Part shown: positions 1 through 11,190 of the stretch, piece after piece
Numbering within the stretch: position 1 is the stretch's first letter
Layout: every line of letters begins with the position of its first letter
Assembly: GCF_001194135.2 (NCBI RefSeq)
Contig: NC_068993.1
Span: 39,830,047-39,894,046 of the forward strand
DNA length: 64,000 nt
From: Octopus bimaculoides
Lineage: Eukaryota
Direction: 5' to 3'
The notes under the pieces: generated by a model
Told to the model about the DNA's origin: nothing
Databases searched by the model: none
Seen by the model: the letters and a program-made list of their open reading frames with translations, nothing else
Position numbers and translations under genes: made by a program

Positions 1-50
1 ATCCCCTCCCAGAAATTGCTGGCCTTGTGCCAAAACTTGAAGCCAATACT
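1..50 (+). mobile_element. SINE family A, 3' tail only (cut by window start)
   Basis: cccctcccagaaattgctggccttgtgccaaaacttgaagccaat matches the 3' tail of the family A copies at 8401-8600 and 61555-61740. Confidence 0.75.
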
Positions 51-158
51 GTTGTCTCGCCTTCTCAGGATGGAAACGACTCTGCAAAGAACTAACTATA
101 TAATCGTTGAGAAATTTCTACACAGCAGTCCTGACCTTCATCATATTGGGTTTAGGTT

Positions 159-596
159 AAGGTGACGAGCTGGCAGAAACGTTAGCACGCCGGACGAAGT
201 GCTTAGCGGTATTTCATTTGTCTTTACGTGCTGTGTTCAAATTCCGCCGAGGTCGACTTTGCCTTTCATCCTTTCGGGGTCGATAAATCAAGTGCCAGTT
301 GCGTACTGGGGTCGATCTAATCGACTTAATCCCTTTGTCTGTCCTTGTTTGTCCCCTCTATGTTTAGCCCCTTGTGGGCAATAAAGAAATAAGAAACGCT
401 AGTACGCCGGGCGAAATGCTTAGCGGTATTTCGTCTGTCTTTACGGTCTGTGTTCAAATTCCGCTGAGGTCGACTTTACTTTTCATCCTTTCGGGGTCGA
501 TGAATTAAGTACCAGTTACGCACTGGGGTCGATCTAATCGACTGGCCCCCTTCCCCAAAATTTCGGGCCTTGTGCCTAGAGCAGAAAAGAATGTTG
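159..596 (+). mobile_element. SINE family A, head-to-tail dimer with two different 3' tails
   Basis: Unit 1 (159-396) and unit 2 (396-596) share ...GCACGCCGGRCGAAATGCTTAGCGGTATTTC...GTTCAAATTCCGCYGAGGTCGACTTT.CYTTTCATCCTTTCGGGGTCGAT...ACTGGGGTCGATCTAATCGACT. GTTCAAATTCC is a Pol III B-box-like motif. The core GCCTTTCATCCTTTCGGGGTCGATAAA..AGTACCAG resembles the Deu/Nin SINE domain as I recall it. Confidence 0.9.
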
Positions 597-680
597 TGTT
601 TAGGTTTAAGCTCAAATAAATATTTTAATGCGGCATGATTATTTTATGTTTAATTAAGAAAATTAATTAAACTGAAGTAT

Positions 681-1242
681 GTAGGCATAAGTGTGGTTGT
701 GTGGTAAGAAGCTTGCTTTCCAAACACATGGTTCCGTTTTCAGGCTCACTGCATGATAGCTTGAGCATTTGTTATCTACTGTAGGCTCGAGCTGACTAGT
801 GTCTTATGAGTTAATTTCGTTGATAGAAACTGAAGGAAGACAGCCATGTGTGTAAGTGTATGTGTATGTGTATGTGTGTGGGCGTGCGCGTTTGTGTTTG
901 TGTGTGCATATGCATATATATAGGCATGCCTGTATGTATATATGCAGCTATGGATGCAGGCATTTATGTATGCAGGCGTATACGCATGCAGGTATATACG
1001 TATCTACGTCTCTGTATATGTGTGTGTATATGTGCGTGTGCGCACGTGCGTCTGTGTCTGTGTCTGTATCAATGTCCTTGTATTGTATCTGTCACCCACC
1101 ACCGCTTGGCAACTTGTGGTCGTTTGTCTGCGTCCCTTTTGCTCCGATCTAGCAGAACGGCACAAATGATCGATAGAATAAGCACAAGACTAAAATATAA
1201 GTACTGGGGTTATGTATTGTGTTCGACTAAACCCTTCAAGGG
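681..1242 (+). mobile_element. SINE family B (CORE-like, internal microsatellite), near full length
   Basis: tRNA-like head (gtggttgtgtggtaagaagcttgctttccaaacacatggttcc), then gaaactgaaggaag, an internal (TG)/(TA) tract at 846-1080, caccaccgcttggcaac, gatagaataagc and gttcgactaaacccttcaagg. The same architecture recurs in more than 10 copies in the window. Confidence 0.85.
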
Positions 1243-1371
1243 TTTTCGCTATAAATGTTGATAGAACATGCATATACATTTGCTGTTTAACCCCATATGA
1301 GTTTTGATTAAACAACCCTATGTCCAAGTCGTCCCCTCCATAAATACCACGTTCCATTTTCTATACAATAT

Positions 1372-1803
1372 CCTGTATCGTTTACTTGTTTCAGTCATTA
1401 GACTGCGACCGTGCTAAGCCACCACCTTGAACAAGTTGTTGTTTTTAGTCGAATGAATCGACCTCAGTACCTACGATTTAGTTAAGCCTGGTACTTATTC
1501 TATCGGACATAAACACACCCAGACCGGTTTTCAGGCTGTGGTGGCGTACAGACACAGACACAAAGACACAGGGAAACACACACACTCACACACACAAAAA
1601 CACACACATATACACGCACATACACACACATATAAACAACGGGCTTCTTTCAGTTTCCGTCTACCAAATCCACTTACAAGGCTTCGGTCGGCTCGAGGCT
1701 GTAGTAAGAAGGCACTTGCGCAAAGGTGCTCCGAAGTGGGACTAAACCCAAAACCATGTGGTTGGGAAACCAGTTTCTTACCATATAGTCATGCCTGCGC
1801 CTA
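1372..1803 (-). mobile_element. SINE family B, reverse orientation
   Basis: Reverse complement gives taggcgcaggcatgactatatggtaagaaactgg...ccacatggttttgggtttagtcccacttcggagcacctttgcgcaagtgccttcttactacagcctcgagccgacc...gtagacggaaactgaaagaagcccgtt, a microsatellite, then the tail ...aatgactgaaacaagtaaacg. Confidence 0.9.
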
Positions 1804-1827
1804 ATATATTCAGAAGCACTACTATGA

Positions 1828-1955
1828 GGTGGTTATCTGGCAAAATCGTCAGCGCGCCGGACAAAACACTTAGCGGCTTTTCTTCCGGTTTTACGTCCTG
1901 AGTTCAAGCCCAACCCCGAAACTGCTGGCCTTCTGCCAAAATTTGAAGCTAAAAT
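1828..1955 (+). mobile_element. SINE family A, internally deleted
   Basis: Head ctggcaaaatcgtcagcgcgccggacaaaacacttagcggc...cctgagttcaag joined directly to the tail ccccgaaactgctggccttctgccaaaatttgaagc. Confidence 0.75.
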
Positions 1956-2084
1956 TATATATTGTGATACATTGTACACTAATGTACTACAATGTTGTGA
2001 CGTCTGTGTTGATGTCATTATCTTTCACATAATTGTATACACAATGGTAAGTATGTTTCTTTGTTTCTTTCTTCTATTCTCTAT

Positions 2085-2150
2085 CAGTCTCTTTATATAT
2101 ATATATATCTTTATACATCTCTTTATATATATATATATACATATTTACGC

Positions 2151-2246
<96 letters not shown>

Positions 2247-2334
2247 TTATGTATACATGTACGTGTGTATTTATATGAATGTATGTGTATGTATGTGTGT
2301 ATATCTTTCTGATCGAATGATTAATCAAATTATA

Positions 2335-2381
<47 letters not shown>

Positions 2382-2420
2382 CTTTCTCTCTCTCTCTATC
2401 TCTTTCTCTCTCTCTCTCTC

Positions 2421-2468
<48 letters not shown>

Positions 2469-2560
2469 AACACACACTCCTATGTACGTACGTATGTATG
2501 TATACATCTACATACATATGCACGTACACACATACATATACATATATCACTTAATTTCCT
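2085..2560. repeat. Compound microsatellite block (TA)n(TG)n, (CT)n, (TA/CA)
   Basis: Direct reading: (TA)n 2155-2203, (TG)n 2204-2243, (CT)n 2338-2467. Confidence 0.97.
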
Positions 2561-2899
2561 TTCTTAATATTCAATCTGATCGAACAATGTATATTGAATT
2601 AATTGTGCAACATTCTATTTAACATAAGGTCACCCAAGAGAGCCAAAAATATATTTTAGAGACAAGCTTCTCACTGTTTAACAAATAATATTGAAGTAAT
2701 ATTTTATCAAAGAGAATATCTTTGCTTCAATAAACCACTACAATTGACCAACACTCTTGTTTTCTTAATGTTCTTAAAGGTGACCATTTAATATTGAGCT
2801 ATTTTATTTAAGCAATATTTTGGTACAGACAATAAGAAATAATAAAATATATCAATTTGTAGCAGGGTACACAAGTCATAGGATAATCATCTAACCAAA

Positions 2900-2928
2900 T
2901 TAGAAATAGCAGCCAAATCTCCCTCAAA
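2900..2928 (+). repeat. Dispersed repeat family E, core fragment
   Basis: tagaaatagcagccaaatctccctcaaa is the best-conserved version of a motif also seen at ~6870, ~9490, ~28200 and ~36705. Confidence 0.55.
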
Positions 2929-3043
2929 GAAATATTACATTATATCGTCTCATAATATTAAGAAAATGTGTATGAAGCGTATCACACATAACATTTGGTT
3001 GCTGAATCGATGCTATCTATGGCAATGCAAACGGAAGAATATT

Positions 3044-3494
3044 GAGACGTGGCTGTGTGTTAAGAAGCTTCCTTCTCAAGCACATGGTTCCGGATTCAGT
3101 CCCATTGCATGGCACCTTGGGCAAAAGTCTTCTGCTATAGCCTCGGGTCGACGAAAGCCTTCTGAATGAATTTTGTAGACGGAAACTGAAAGAAGCCCGT
3201 CGTATATATATATATATATAAATTTTTAAATATACTCAAATACCCAAAATTTCAAGGAGTTCCTGCCTTAAAAACAGGAACTACACCACAGTTATTTTGT
3301 GTTCTTTGCTACATTGGTTTCTATTAACCCATTTATTCTATCCGAAGAATTTTTATTCATTAAGATAGAAGAAATACATATAATTAAATATATATATATA
3401 TGTATATNNNNNNNNNNNNNNNNNNNNNNNNNNNNNNNNNNNNNNNNNNNNNNNNNNNNNNNNNNNNNNNNNNNNNNNNNNNNNNNNNNNNNNN

Positions 3495-3525
<31 letters not shown>

Positions 3526-3644
3526 TTATGTGTATATTTGTGTGTCTTTATCCTCCCACCATCGCTTGACAACCGATTTTGCTGTGTTTAGGTCCCCGTA
3601 ACTTAGTAGTTTGGCAAAAGAGACCGATAGAATAAGTACAAGGC
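3044..3644 (+). mobile_element. SINE family B spanning a gap, 3' end fused to a reverse family A copy
   Basis: Head 3044-3215 (ggttccggattcagtcccattgcatggcaccttgggcaaaagtcttctgctatagcctcgggtcgac...gtagacggaaactgaaagaagcccgtcgtata). Second half 3550-3644 (ccaccatcgcttgacaaccgat...ccccgtaacttag...aaaagagaccgatagaataagtacaaggc). Confidence 0.85.
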
Positions 3645-3848
3645 CGGAAATTTTGGAGAAGGGGCTATTCGATTACATCGACTCAGTGCGTAACTGGTAC
3701 TTATTTTATCGACCTCCCTCGAAAGGATGAAAAGCAAAGTCAACTTCGGCGGAATTTCAACTCAGAACATAACGAAAGTCAGGGCGGACGAAATGACTCT
3801 AAGCACTTTGCCCAGCTTGTTAACGATTCAAGCAACTCACCACCTCGG
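3641..3848 (-). mobile_element. SINE family A, reverse orientation
   Basis: cgattacatcgactcagtgcgtaactggtacttattttatcgacc...gaaaggatgaaaagcaaagtcaacttcggcggaatttcaactcagaac is the reverse complement of the family A core. Confidence 0.9.
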
Positions 3849-4204
3849 CAGCAATAACATTTCTAAGAGCAATAACTTTAACTTTTTACATTATATTTCA
3901 AATAGAGCAAGGCATGCAAGTGCAACACTTGTATAGATATAACTTTGTAAATAAACAGATGCTGTTGTGGCTGGAGTTATTGCTGTTATTTCATCCTGTT
4001 TAAGCAGAATTATAATCGAAAGCTTTCCCGGCATGGCCAAAACGCCTTTTATTTTAGACGGTCTGTATCTTTTTACTTTTCTTGAAACCTAGAACCCATA
4101 AAACCGATTACTCGGTTTCCATGATGTAGTAAGTGACTGGGATTGCAACGTTGCCTTGAATGGGACGGCGTTCTGTTTCAGGGTCAAAGGACAGAAATCT
4201 TTGA

Positions 4205-4531
4205 TAGGTAACATATGACTTTTTCTGTTAATCTCCTTCTCTCCTTCTCGGTCTCTTGTTGCCGAGTCACGAAGCTACGGAGACATAAACAAGCCAACAC
4301 CGGTTGTCAAACGGTGGGCGCGAGGAACAAATACAATTCAAAGGCACACATATACATAACACGAGATACTGGACGGGCTCCCATACAATTTTCGTCTTTC
4401 GAAATAACTTAAAAACATTAGGTGACATGGAGTTATACTTGAAGATACTTCCTATGATGCTGCGCTGTGGAACTGAACTGGAAACCACGTGGTTTCAGAT
4501 CGAGCTTATTAACCACACAGCCATGCCTGCA
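4205..4531 (-). mobile_element. SINE family B, decayed, reverse
   Basis: ggtctcttgttgccgagtcacgaagctacggagacataaacaagccaacaccggttgtcaaacggtggg...gacgggct...ggaactgaactggaaaccacgtgg...ttaaccacacagccatgcctgc. Confidence 0.75.
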
Positions 4532-6839
4532 AGTCTATCATTTACTTTTTTAAACAGCTTAGTTTGATGAAACTGGATTTCCTTCATGATCATTTATAAA
4601 GCGCCTAATATTGGTGAAAGGAAGGGAGAAAGCGAACCTTAGACTAGATCCTTGCTGCAAGTACTTATAGCGTAGAAAAGAGTCTGCAAAAGCAGTTGCG
4701 GGCTATGTGGTGGAATTAAATCGGGTGTCATTAATTCGTTAACAGGAACAATATAATCTCTCCCTCATTGGCACAACTACTACGGCGTGATTTTCTCAAA
4801 GGAGTGTACACTATGCGGCTGCTAGATCTGTGGATAAACGTCAACAACGACTGCAATTTAACCAAAAGTGTATCCTTTTCACGGCCTCTCGTGCTGTGGA
4901 TAAACATCAATAACGCTTTCATGGTAATAAAGTATTGCATTATGTCCTACGAATTTTGTAAGGGATTCTCGAAGACATTTTAAAGAAATCACTTAAATGT
5001 TTTAAGAAGAAAAAAATTTTAAATATATTTTATTTTATTTTTGCATCTATCTGTCAATTAAGCCATGTCGAAGTAGTGACTTGAGAATGTTAAAAGTATA
5101 TCAATGTCATTTTGCTATTATTGGCTTCTATAAATAGATATCAAAGCACTGTTGCTTTCCTAGAATACATCAGCATTTAAAAGAGAAAAAAGAATAACAA
5201 CTGTCAATTTACACTTTCTGATATCTTATCGAGATTTATTAAACAACATTGTTTGGCGTCATGAACAGCTAAAGCAACTAGTTTAATATTTATCTCTATT
5301 CAATGTTGGCTCAAATTATTTGGCTTGAAATTTCAACCGATTCACAACAAAATGTATCGCTTATCTTTCTTTATCTTACTTGTAAATTTAAGAAAAAAAA
5401 AAAAAAAAAGAATACGGAAGAAAAAGAGAAAATAAGAAATATTTCAAATTTCTCCCAAAATGAAACGATAGAAATCTATTATGATTCTATTTCCTTCCTG
5501 AACAATTTTACATTTCAATTACAGACGAAAGAGAAAAAAAAAACGGTCAGATAATCTAAACCCACCCCGTATAGAGTTTTTACAACGAACAGGAAGCGTT
5601 TGTTAAGAGAACGGAACTTTCGACAAACGGAAGATAAAAGAAACAAAACATTTTCTTTTTCAGCATTGTCTTGCTGTCATAGTCATAACAGATTGCTTGC
5701 CGGCTTCTTTGTTTTCTTTTTATCGTGATTATATATTTTTTATGTAACGTTATTACAGTTTTCGTTTGTAATTTTCTTTTTCTTTTGCTTTTATTAACAG
5801 ACGTGCTTTGAAAGATAAACTGTGAATATTCATTCTAGGACTAAGTCAGATATCAATCATTCCTCATTTACAATAAATGAAATAAGCACCAGAAGGAACA
5901 AATACATCGACTAGCTAATAGACAAGTGAACCATTTTAACGATAAAATTGATGTTTAAAATAAAATATATAAAAAATTAAATAATCTTTACATTTTAAAT
6001 GAACGTAAATCAAACATCCAAACAAATATAATAGCGACAGGTTGACCCTCTCTTTAAAACCTCTCTTCCAATGAATAATGAATGTGTAAATTGATTCAAT
6101 CTGTTATGTTTATTTCTGACGAGCTATTTAGGAACATATTCAACATGAGAACTTTATATTTTTTTCTATATTCACCGACAATATTATACATTTTACGATT
6201 TCCCCACCAAAGATATAATATCGTTAACAATTTCAGCTCGATAACCAACGTAATTTCGCAGTCAGTATGATATCACACTAAAATAAATGCCACTTTTTCC
6301 AGCTACACATCGGATGGTATAAGTAAAGAAATAGTTGTAGTTGTTAAAAGTTTATTAATACTCTGGGTATAGCAAGAACCACACAAAGGAACACAAAGCT
6401 GCAGCATACTTTTAGCAGAGAAATTCTAAACATCTCCTCAAACGATACGCAGTCAGAACGCAAGATCAAAGCTAAATTATTTTTGCATTTATAAGCACGA
6501 TTTATTGAACCTCCTATCATAAATTCTGATAGCATTCTGGTTACCCTTATTACCTCTGTATTACATCCATAAAGATTCGTGAGTATTCACTTTCATAACT
6601 GCGTCAATTATAAGGTTATCAACACATCCATACAACAAATTATACAAACCAACGAGGAAGCATGAAGGTAGTCACTCGATATGCTAAAACTTTACCAGAC
6701 AAACTTTCTGCAAATCGCACCTTAGAATAATAGAAGCATAAACTGAATACTGCAAGTTTTAAATAACCATTGCCAGAAGACAAGACAGGTTTGTCACGGC
6801 TGGAATACCGCTGAAGATCTGCTAAATCTTCATTAAGAG

Positions 6840-7030
6840 AGCGAGCATCTACATTGTTGGTCACTTGAATCGCTAGAAATAAGGGCAAAATCTCTTACAA
6901 ATACTACCGTGTGGTCTTGGTAGGTTAAAGGATGAGCTGGTTAGTATGGTCCTAGAGCCTATAAAAACACGAGACGGTCAGAATTGGAATGCCTTTCTTC
7001 ATAGATTTAAAGGATCATGACTAAACAGCT
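6840..7030 (+). repeat. Dispersed repeat family E (decayed; probable SINE or LINE 3' portion)
   Basis: gtcacttgaatcgctagaaataagggcaaaatctc...ggtcagaattggaatgcctttcttcatagat...ctaaacagc. Colinear with copies at 28075-28240 (-), 30340-30545 (+) and 36670-36895 (+), which end in aaacaacaacag-like tails. Confidence 0.55.
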
Positions 7031-7054
7031 GCACCAGCACCTTGTTTTATCGCG

Positions 7055-7190
7055 CTCTCCCCCTCTATCTTTCATTGTGTTACTGTGCCTCTACTTGTCT
7101 CTCCCCCTCTATCTTTCATTGTGTTACTGTGCCTCTACTTGTCTCTCCCCCTCTATCTTTCATTGTGTTACTGTGCCTCTACTTGTCTCT
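7055..7190 (+). repeat. Perfect 44-bp minisatellite, 3 copies
   Basis: Unit CTCTCCCCCTCTATCTTTCATTGTGTTACTGTGCCTCTACTTGT starts at 7055, 7099 and 7143 with identical copies, then runs into (CT)n. Confidence 0.97.
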
Positions 7191-7414
7191 CTCTCTCTAT
7201 CACTTCAACAATTATACTATAACGAACGCTACGTTTTAACATTATTTGGTTGGGTCCTAATTTACTTCTTGTTCAAATACGGTAGCTCTTCCGCTCCAAA
7301 TCACTATCTAAGGTCTTCCGCCTCTCTAAAACTTGAACAGCCTTTACATAAGGTCAAATGATCAGACATTGTTAGCATCACTGAAATAAGATATACACAT
7401 TGCTCCAGCATTCT

Positions 7415-7760
7415 TTTATCTTTCTTGTAAGTTTTAATTGCTTCACTTGTCAGTTTGTAGCCATGCTGGAACACCTCATTGAAGGGCTTAGTCAAACAAA
7501 TAGACCCCAGTGCTTTTCGTCTAAGCCTATCGCTGTCTTATTTTTTATAAAACTTTAAGTACTGTGGATGTAAACAAATCAACGCCGGTTGTCAAGCTGT
7601 AGTGGAGGACAAGCACAGAGCCAGTACATAAATATATACATAGATATACGACGGGCTTCTTTCAGTTTCCATCTACCAAATCTACTCAGAAGGTTTTGGT
7701 AGGCTAAGAACTATAGTAGAAGACATTTGCATAACTTCTTATAATTCAGCCACGCCTACG
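7415..7760 (-). mobile_element. SINE family B, reverse, partly deleted head
   Basis: gccatgctggaacacctcattgaagggcttagtcaaacaaatagaccccagtgc...ccggttgtcaagctgtagtggaggacaa...tatacgacgggcttctttcagtttccatctaccaaatctactc...tatagtagaagacatttgc...cagccacgcctac. Confidence 0.85.
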
Positions 7761-8400
7761 TATATTCCAATATCAAAATATTGCACTTTATTTTCTGACT
7801 AATATTGTATTATTCCTCACCACGTATCCTTGCTCTTCCTCGTCCACATATAATCTGTGACGTTATGTCTCTGTTTCCTTAAAGCAAAAAAAAAAAAAAA
7901 AAAAAAAAAATCTCGAACTCTTTTCTCATGTTTCTTCTGTTATTTAGCTTTTGCTATTTTCTCCCTGACCTCTGTTATGTATTCACATAAGTTTTAACAG
8001 AACGATATTATGCAGTTTCTTAACTATAAAGGTCGTCACCCATTGTCTGTCTATAATAAATCTAATCTGTCAATGTCTATGTCACATTGTAAATGTTGTC
8101 ACTCATTTTATATATTGATTACATTATCGCTGTAACTCACCAAAAGCATGGTTAACATATAAACGTCTACTATTTTGTACGAAACATTTCATTCTGTTCA
8201 ACATACAAGGCTAATCAATCTAATTTTCATTCTTGTTGTTACTGTGTGAACTGAGCTGTCCATTATCATAAGCAGATATGTCACCACCTTTCTAATTCAC
8301 TAATTTCACAATGTATACCATTCTTCTTTCTTGGGAAGTAGATTTGGCAAATTATTCAACTTCTGTCTGGAGCAGCCATTGCTAATACATTTGCGACTAA

Positions 8401-8600
8401 AAAGGCGGTGAGATGGCAGAGTCGTTAGCATGCTGATCGTCCGTCTTTACGTTCTCAGTTCAAATTCCACCGGGATCAGCTTTGCCTTTCATCTTCTCAG
8501 GGTCGATAAAATATATACCAGTTGAGCCCCGGGGTCAATGTAAGCGTCTTAACACTCCACTGAACTTGCTTGCCTTGTGACAAAACTTGAAACCGATATA
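8401..8600 (+). mobile_element. SINE family A
   Basis: aaggcggtgagatggcagagtcgttagcatgc...ttacgttctcagttcaaattccaccggga...gcctttcatcttctcagggtcgataaaa...ggggtcaatgtaa...gccttgtgacaaaacttgaaacc. Confidence 0.85.
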
Positions 8601-8671
8601 TTTGCGAGTAAAATATTTCACGATCTTGACTCTGCCTGGTGTTCCATGAACATTAGGAATGAAATCTTGTG

Positions 8672-8820
8672 TGACAGACTTCTGAAGTTTTCAGCTACCC
8701 AACCCCACTTACAAGTACTTGATCAATCAGAGGCTATTGTAGAAGATGCATTCTTAATCTACTGTGCAGACGGGTCGAACGCAGAAACACGGTGATGCGT
8801 TAGAAACTTCTTAATAACAT
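8672..8820 (-). mobile_element. SINE family B head fragment, decayed
   Basis: ccccacttacaagtacttgatcaatcagaggctattgtagaagatgc...gtcgaacgcagaaacacggtg...cttcttaataacat aligns by eye to the reverse family B head. Confidence 0.55.
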
Positions 8821-9924
8821 TATATGTACACATAATTGAGAACAGAGTTTCAGTGTCATGGAATTAATTTATGCTTATTTATAAATTCATTCTAAGACAG
8901 TTAAGGTATTTTACCTACATCATGGGATCTCATTCAACTACGATTTCGCCGTAGAGCAAGCCGCGACCTTGCTCTATGTCTAAGTGTATGTAGGAATACA
9001 TTAATTAAGATATCCTACCTTGTTGTTTAACCCCATTTCCATTCTGATAGAGTTGATCAATCGTCAAAAGGTTATTCTGCTATTACCATTAGACATATGA
9101 GTATATCGGAGAGCTATCATAGGAAATACATAAATCTGTTTCCTCGGAAGTGCACAAGCTTTGGAAACTATAGAGTCACACTTTCGTTAACACTTATCCC
9201 ATGTTCATTCATGTGAATATGCACTGATATCACTTTGACTAATCCCTTCATCAGAAGTCTAGATAGGTCCTCATTCTGAAGAATAAGGGTAGGAGAACAG
9301 AAGACCAAGAGGGTAAGCTACAAATAAACTGGTAGATGTTAACGAGAAAGATATATCACGGTTGTATCATACATCAAAGACAATCATGAATCTTCAGATT
9401 TTGTCACATAGCTCCTTGGTCACCGCCACCTCCAGGCACAGCAAACTATTCTTTATTAATAACAGTTAATATGATTTAAGTGAAATTTAGCTGCTATTTC
9501 TCGCATTTTGAGCAATGGGGTAGATGTCATTGTTTTATGTTTCCTCGTCGAAGATAATGCAGTGTGATTCGAGACAAAAAAAATTTACTAATAGTGTTAA
9601 CAGATCAAGCAATTGCCTCTCAATTTCCTTCGTTGATTCCGTTCGCGAGTGAAATCTATTTCTATTTTCGATGCTCAAATTTGCACTTAGAATATTATTG
9701 CTTTGAGCTTTCTTGATGTCTTCTTTTATATCAGCTCATATTTAAACATTTCTTTTTACTGGAATAACTTCAAAGTCTTTGCATCTTACCTCTGTTAGAT
9801 TGTTCAGATCTATTCTATTGTTCCTCGATTTCTATCATGTCTTATTTTGTTGACTGATATGTAGACATTAGGTTTAGTTATTCTTTTATTCTTTTTTATT
9901 GGCCATCGTTAATCTACTTACCAA

Positions 9925-9926
9925 AA

Positions 9927-9998
<72 letters not shown>

Positions 9999-10032
9999 CA
10001 CACACACACATACACACACACACATACACACT
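9925..10032. repeat. (CA)n microsatellite
   Basis: Direct reading. Confidence 0.97.
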
Positions 10033-10274
10033 CCCTTTTGATATATAATATATTTTTTGTTATCTCTTATTGTTTGTCTGGATTAGGTTTTCCTCAGAAC
10101 GCCTTTATCTAGATTGTCTTCATAACTATTTACCTTGTGACATTGTTGATCTTGATATATTTGAAGTGTTTATCCTCTGTTGACTTTCCAGCGTTTGTAC
10201 GGCTTCCTTTATATTCTTTATTTTGCGCTTAACCATTTTCTTCTTTTCGTTGTGATCTAAAATCTAATTCATTT

Positions 10275-10512
10275 TCCACTCTATTGTAATTGTTTTTCTC
10301 CATTTTATTATTCTCTCTCTCCTTCTCATTGCAATTGTTTGACTCTAAATTGCAATTGTCTTTCTCTGTATTGTAATTCTCAGTCGCTATATTGTAATTG
10401 TCTTTGTATTATAATTGCAAATGTCTATTATTTATCGTAAGTGTTTCTCTTTATATTGCAATTCTTTGATCCTAAACTGTAATGTTTTCTTTCCATTTTA
10501 TAATTGTTTCTC
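10275..10512 (+). repeat. Degenerate ~20-bp minisatellite (ctctatattgtaattgtttt-like)
   Basis: attgtaattgt, attgcaattgt and ttataattg recur about every 20 bp. The pattern resumes at 11190-11235 after the SINE B insertion. Confidence 0.7.
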
Positions 10513-10514
10513 TT

Positions 10515-10731
10515 TGCTCGTTCGTTTCAGTCACTGGATTGTGGCGATGACGTGTCATCACCATCAAGGCTTTAGTTGAACAACTCAACCTATGGTACTT
10601 ATTTTAAAGTCTAGTATTTATTCTATCCGACACTTTTGGTGAACCGCTAACCAATGCATTTTGTCATGTGGTGATTGAGCACAAACACAAGGGAACACAT
10701 ATACATATTTGCGTGAATATGTGTATGTGTG

Positions 10732-10776
<45 letters not shown>

Positions 10777-11190
10777 NNNNNNNNNNNNNNNNNNNNNNNN
10801 NNNNNNNNNNNNNNNNNNNNNNNNNNNNNNNNNNNNNNNNNNNNNNNNNNNNNNNNNNNNNNNNNNNNNNNNNNNNNNNNNNNNNNNNNNNNNNNNNNNN
10901 NNNNNNNNNNNNNNNNNNNNNNNNNNNNNNNNNNNNNNNNNNNNNNNNNNNNNNNNNNNNNNNNNNNNNATATAAGTTTATTAAAGCCGAAAATCTTAAC
11001 AAACTGTTACTCAGAGTTTCACGTAACCGTTTATATATGACAGACTTCCTCACAATCTCCCTCCACCAAATTCACTCGCAGAGCATCGGTCAGCTCGGGG
11101 TTATAGCAGAAGACACATGCCTGCTGTAACGCTCAGTGGGACTGACCCCGGAATCACGTAGTTGCAAAGCCTACTTTCTTAATCACACGC
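10515..11190 (-). mobile_element. SINE family B spanning the (CT)n gap
   Basis: Tail gtttcagtcactggattgtggcgatg...tttagttgaacaactcaacc...tattctatccgacacttttggtgaaccgctaa. Head caccaaattcactcgcagagcatcggtcagctcggggttatagcagaagacacatgcc...cagtgggactgaccccggaatcacgtagttg...cttaatcacacgcc. Confidence 0.8.

Noticed and set aside
7055-7190. Regularly spaced identical repeats considered as a CRISPR array
   Set aside because: Units are contiguous with no unique spacers, the context is eukaryotic, and there are no cas genes.
7780-8390. Possible RTE-type endonuclease remnant on the minus strand
   Set aside because: Only scattered two- to three-residue similarities; too decayed to support.
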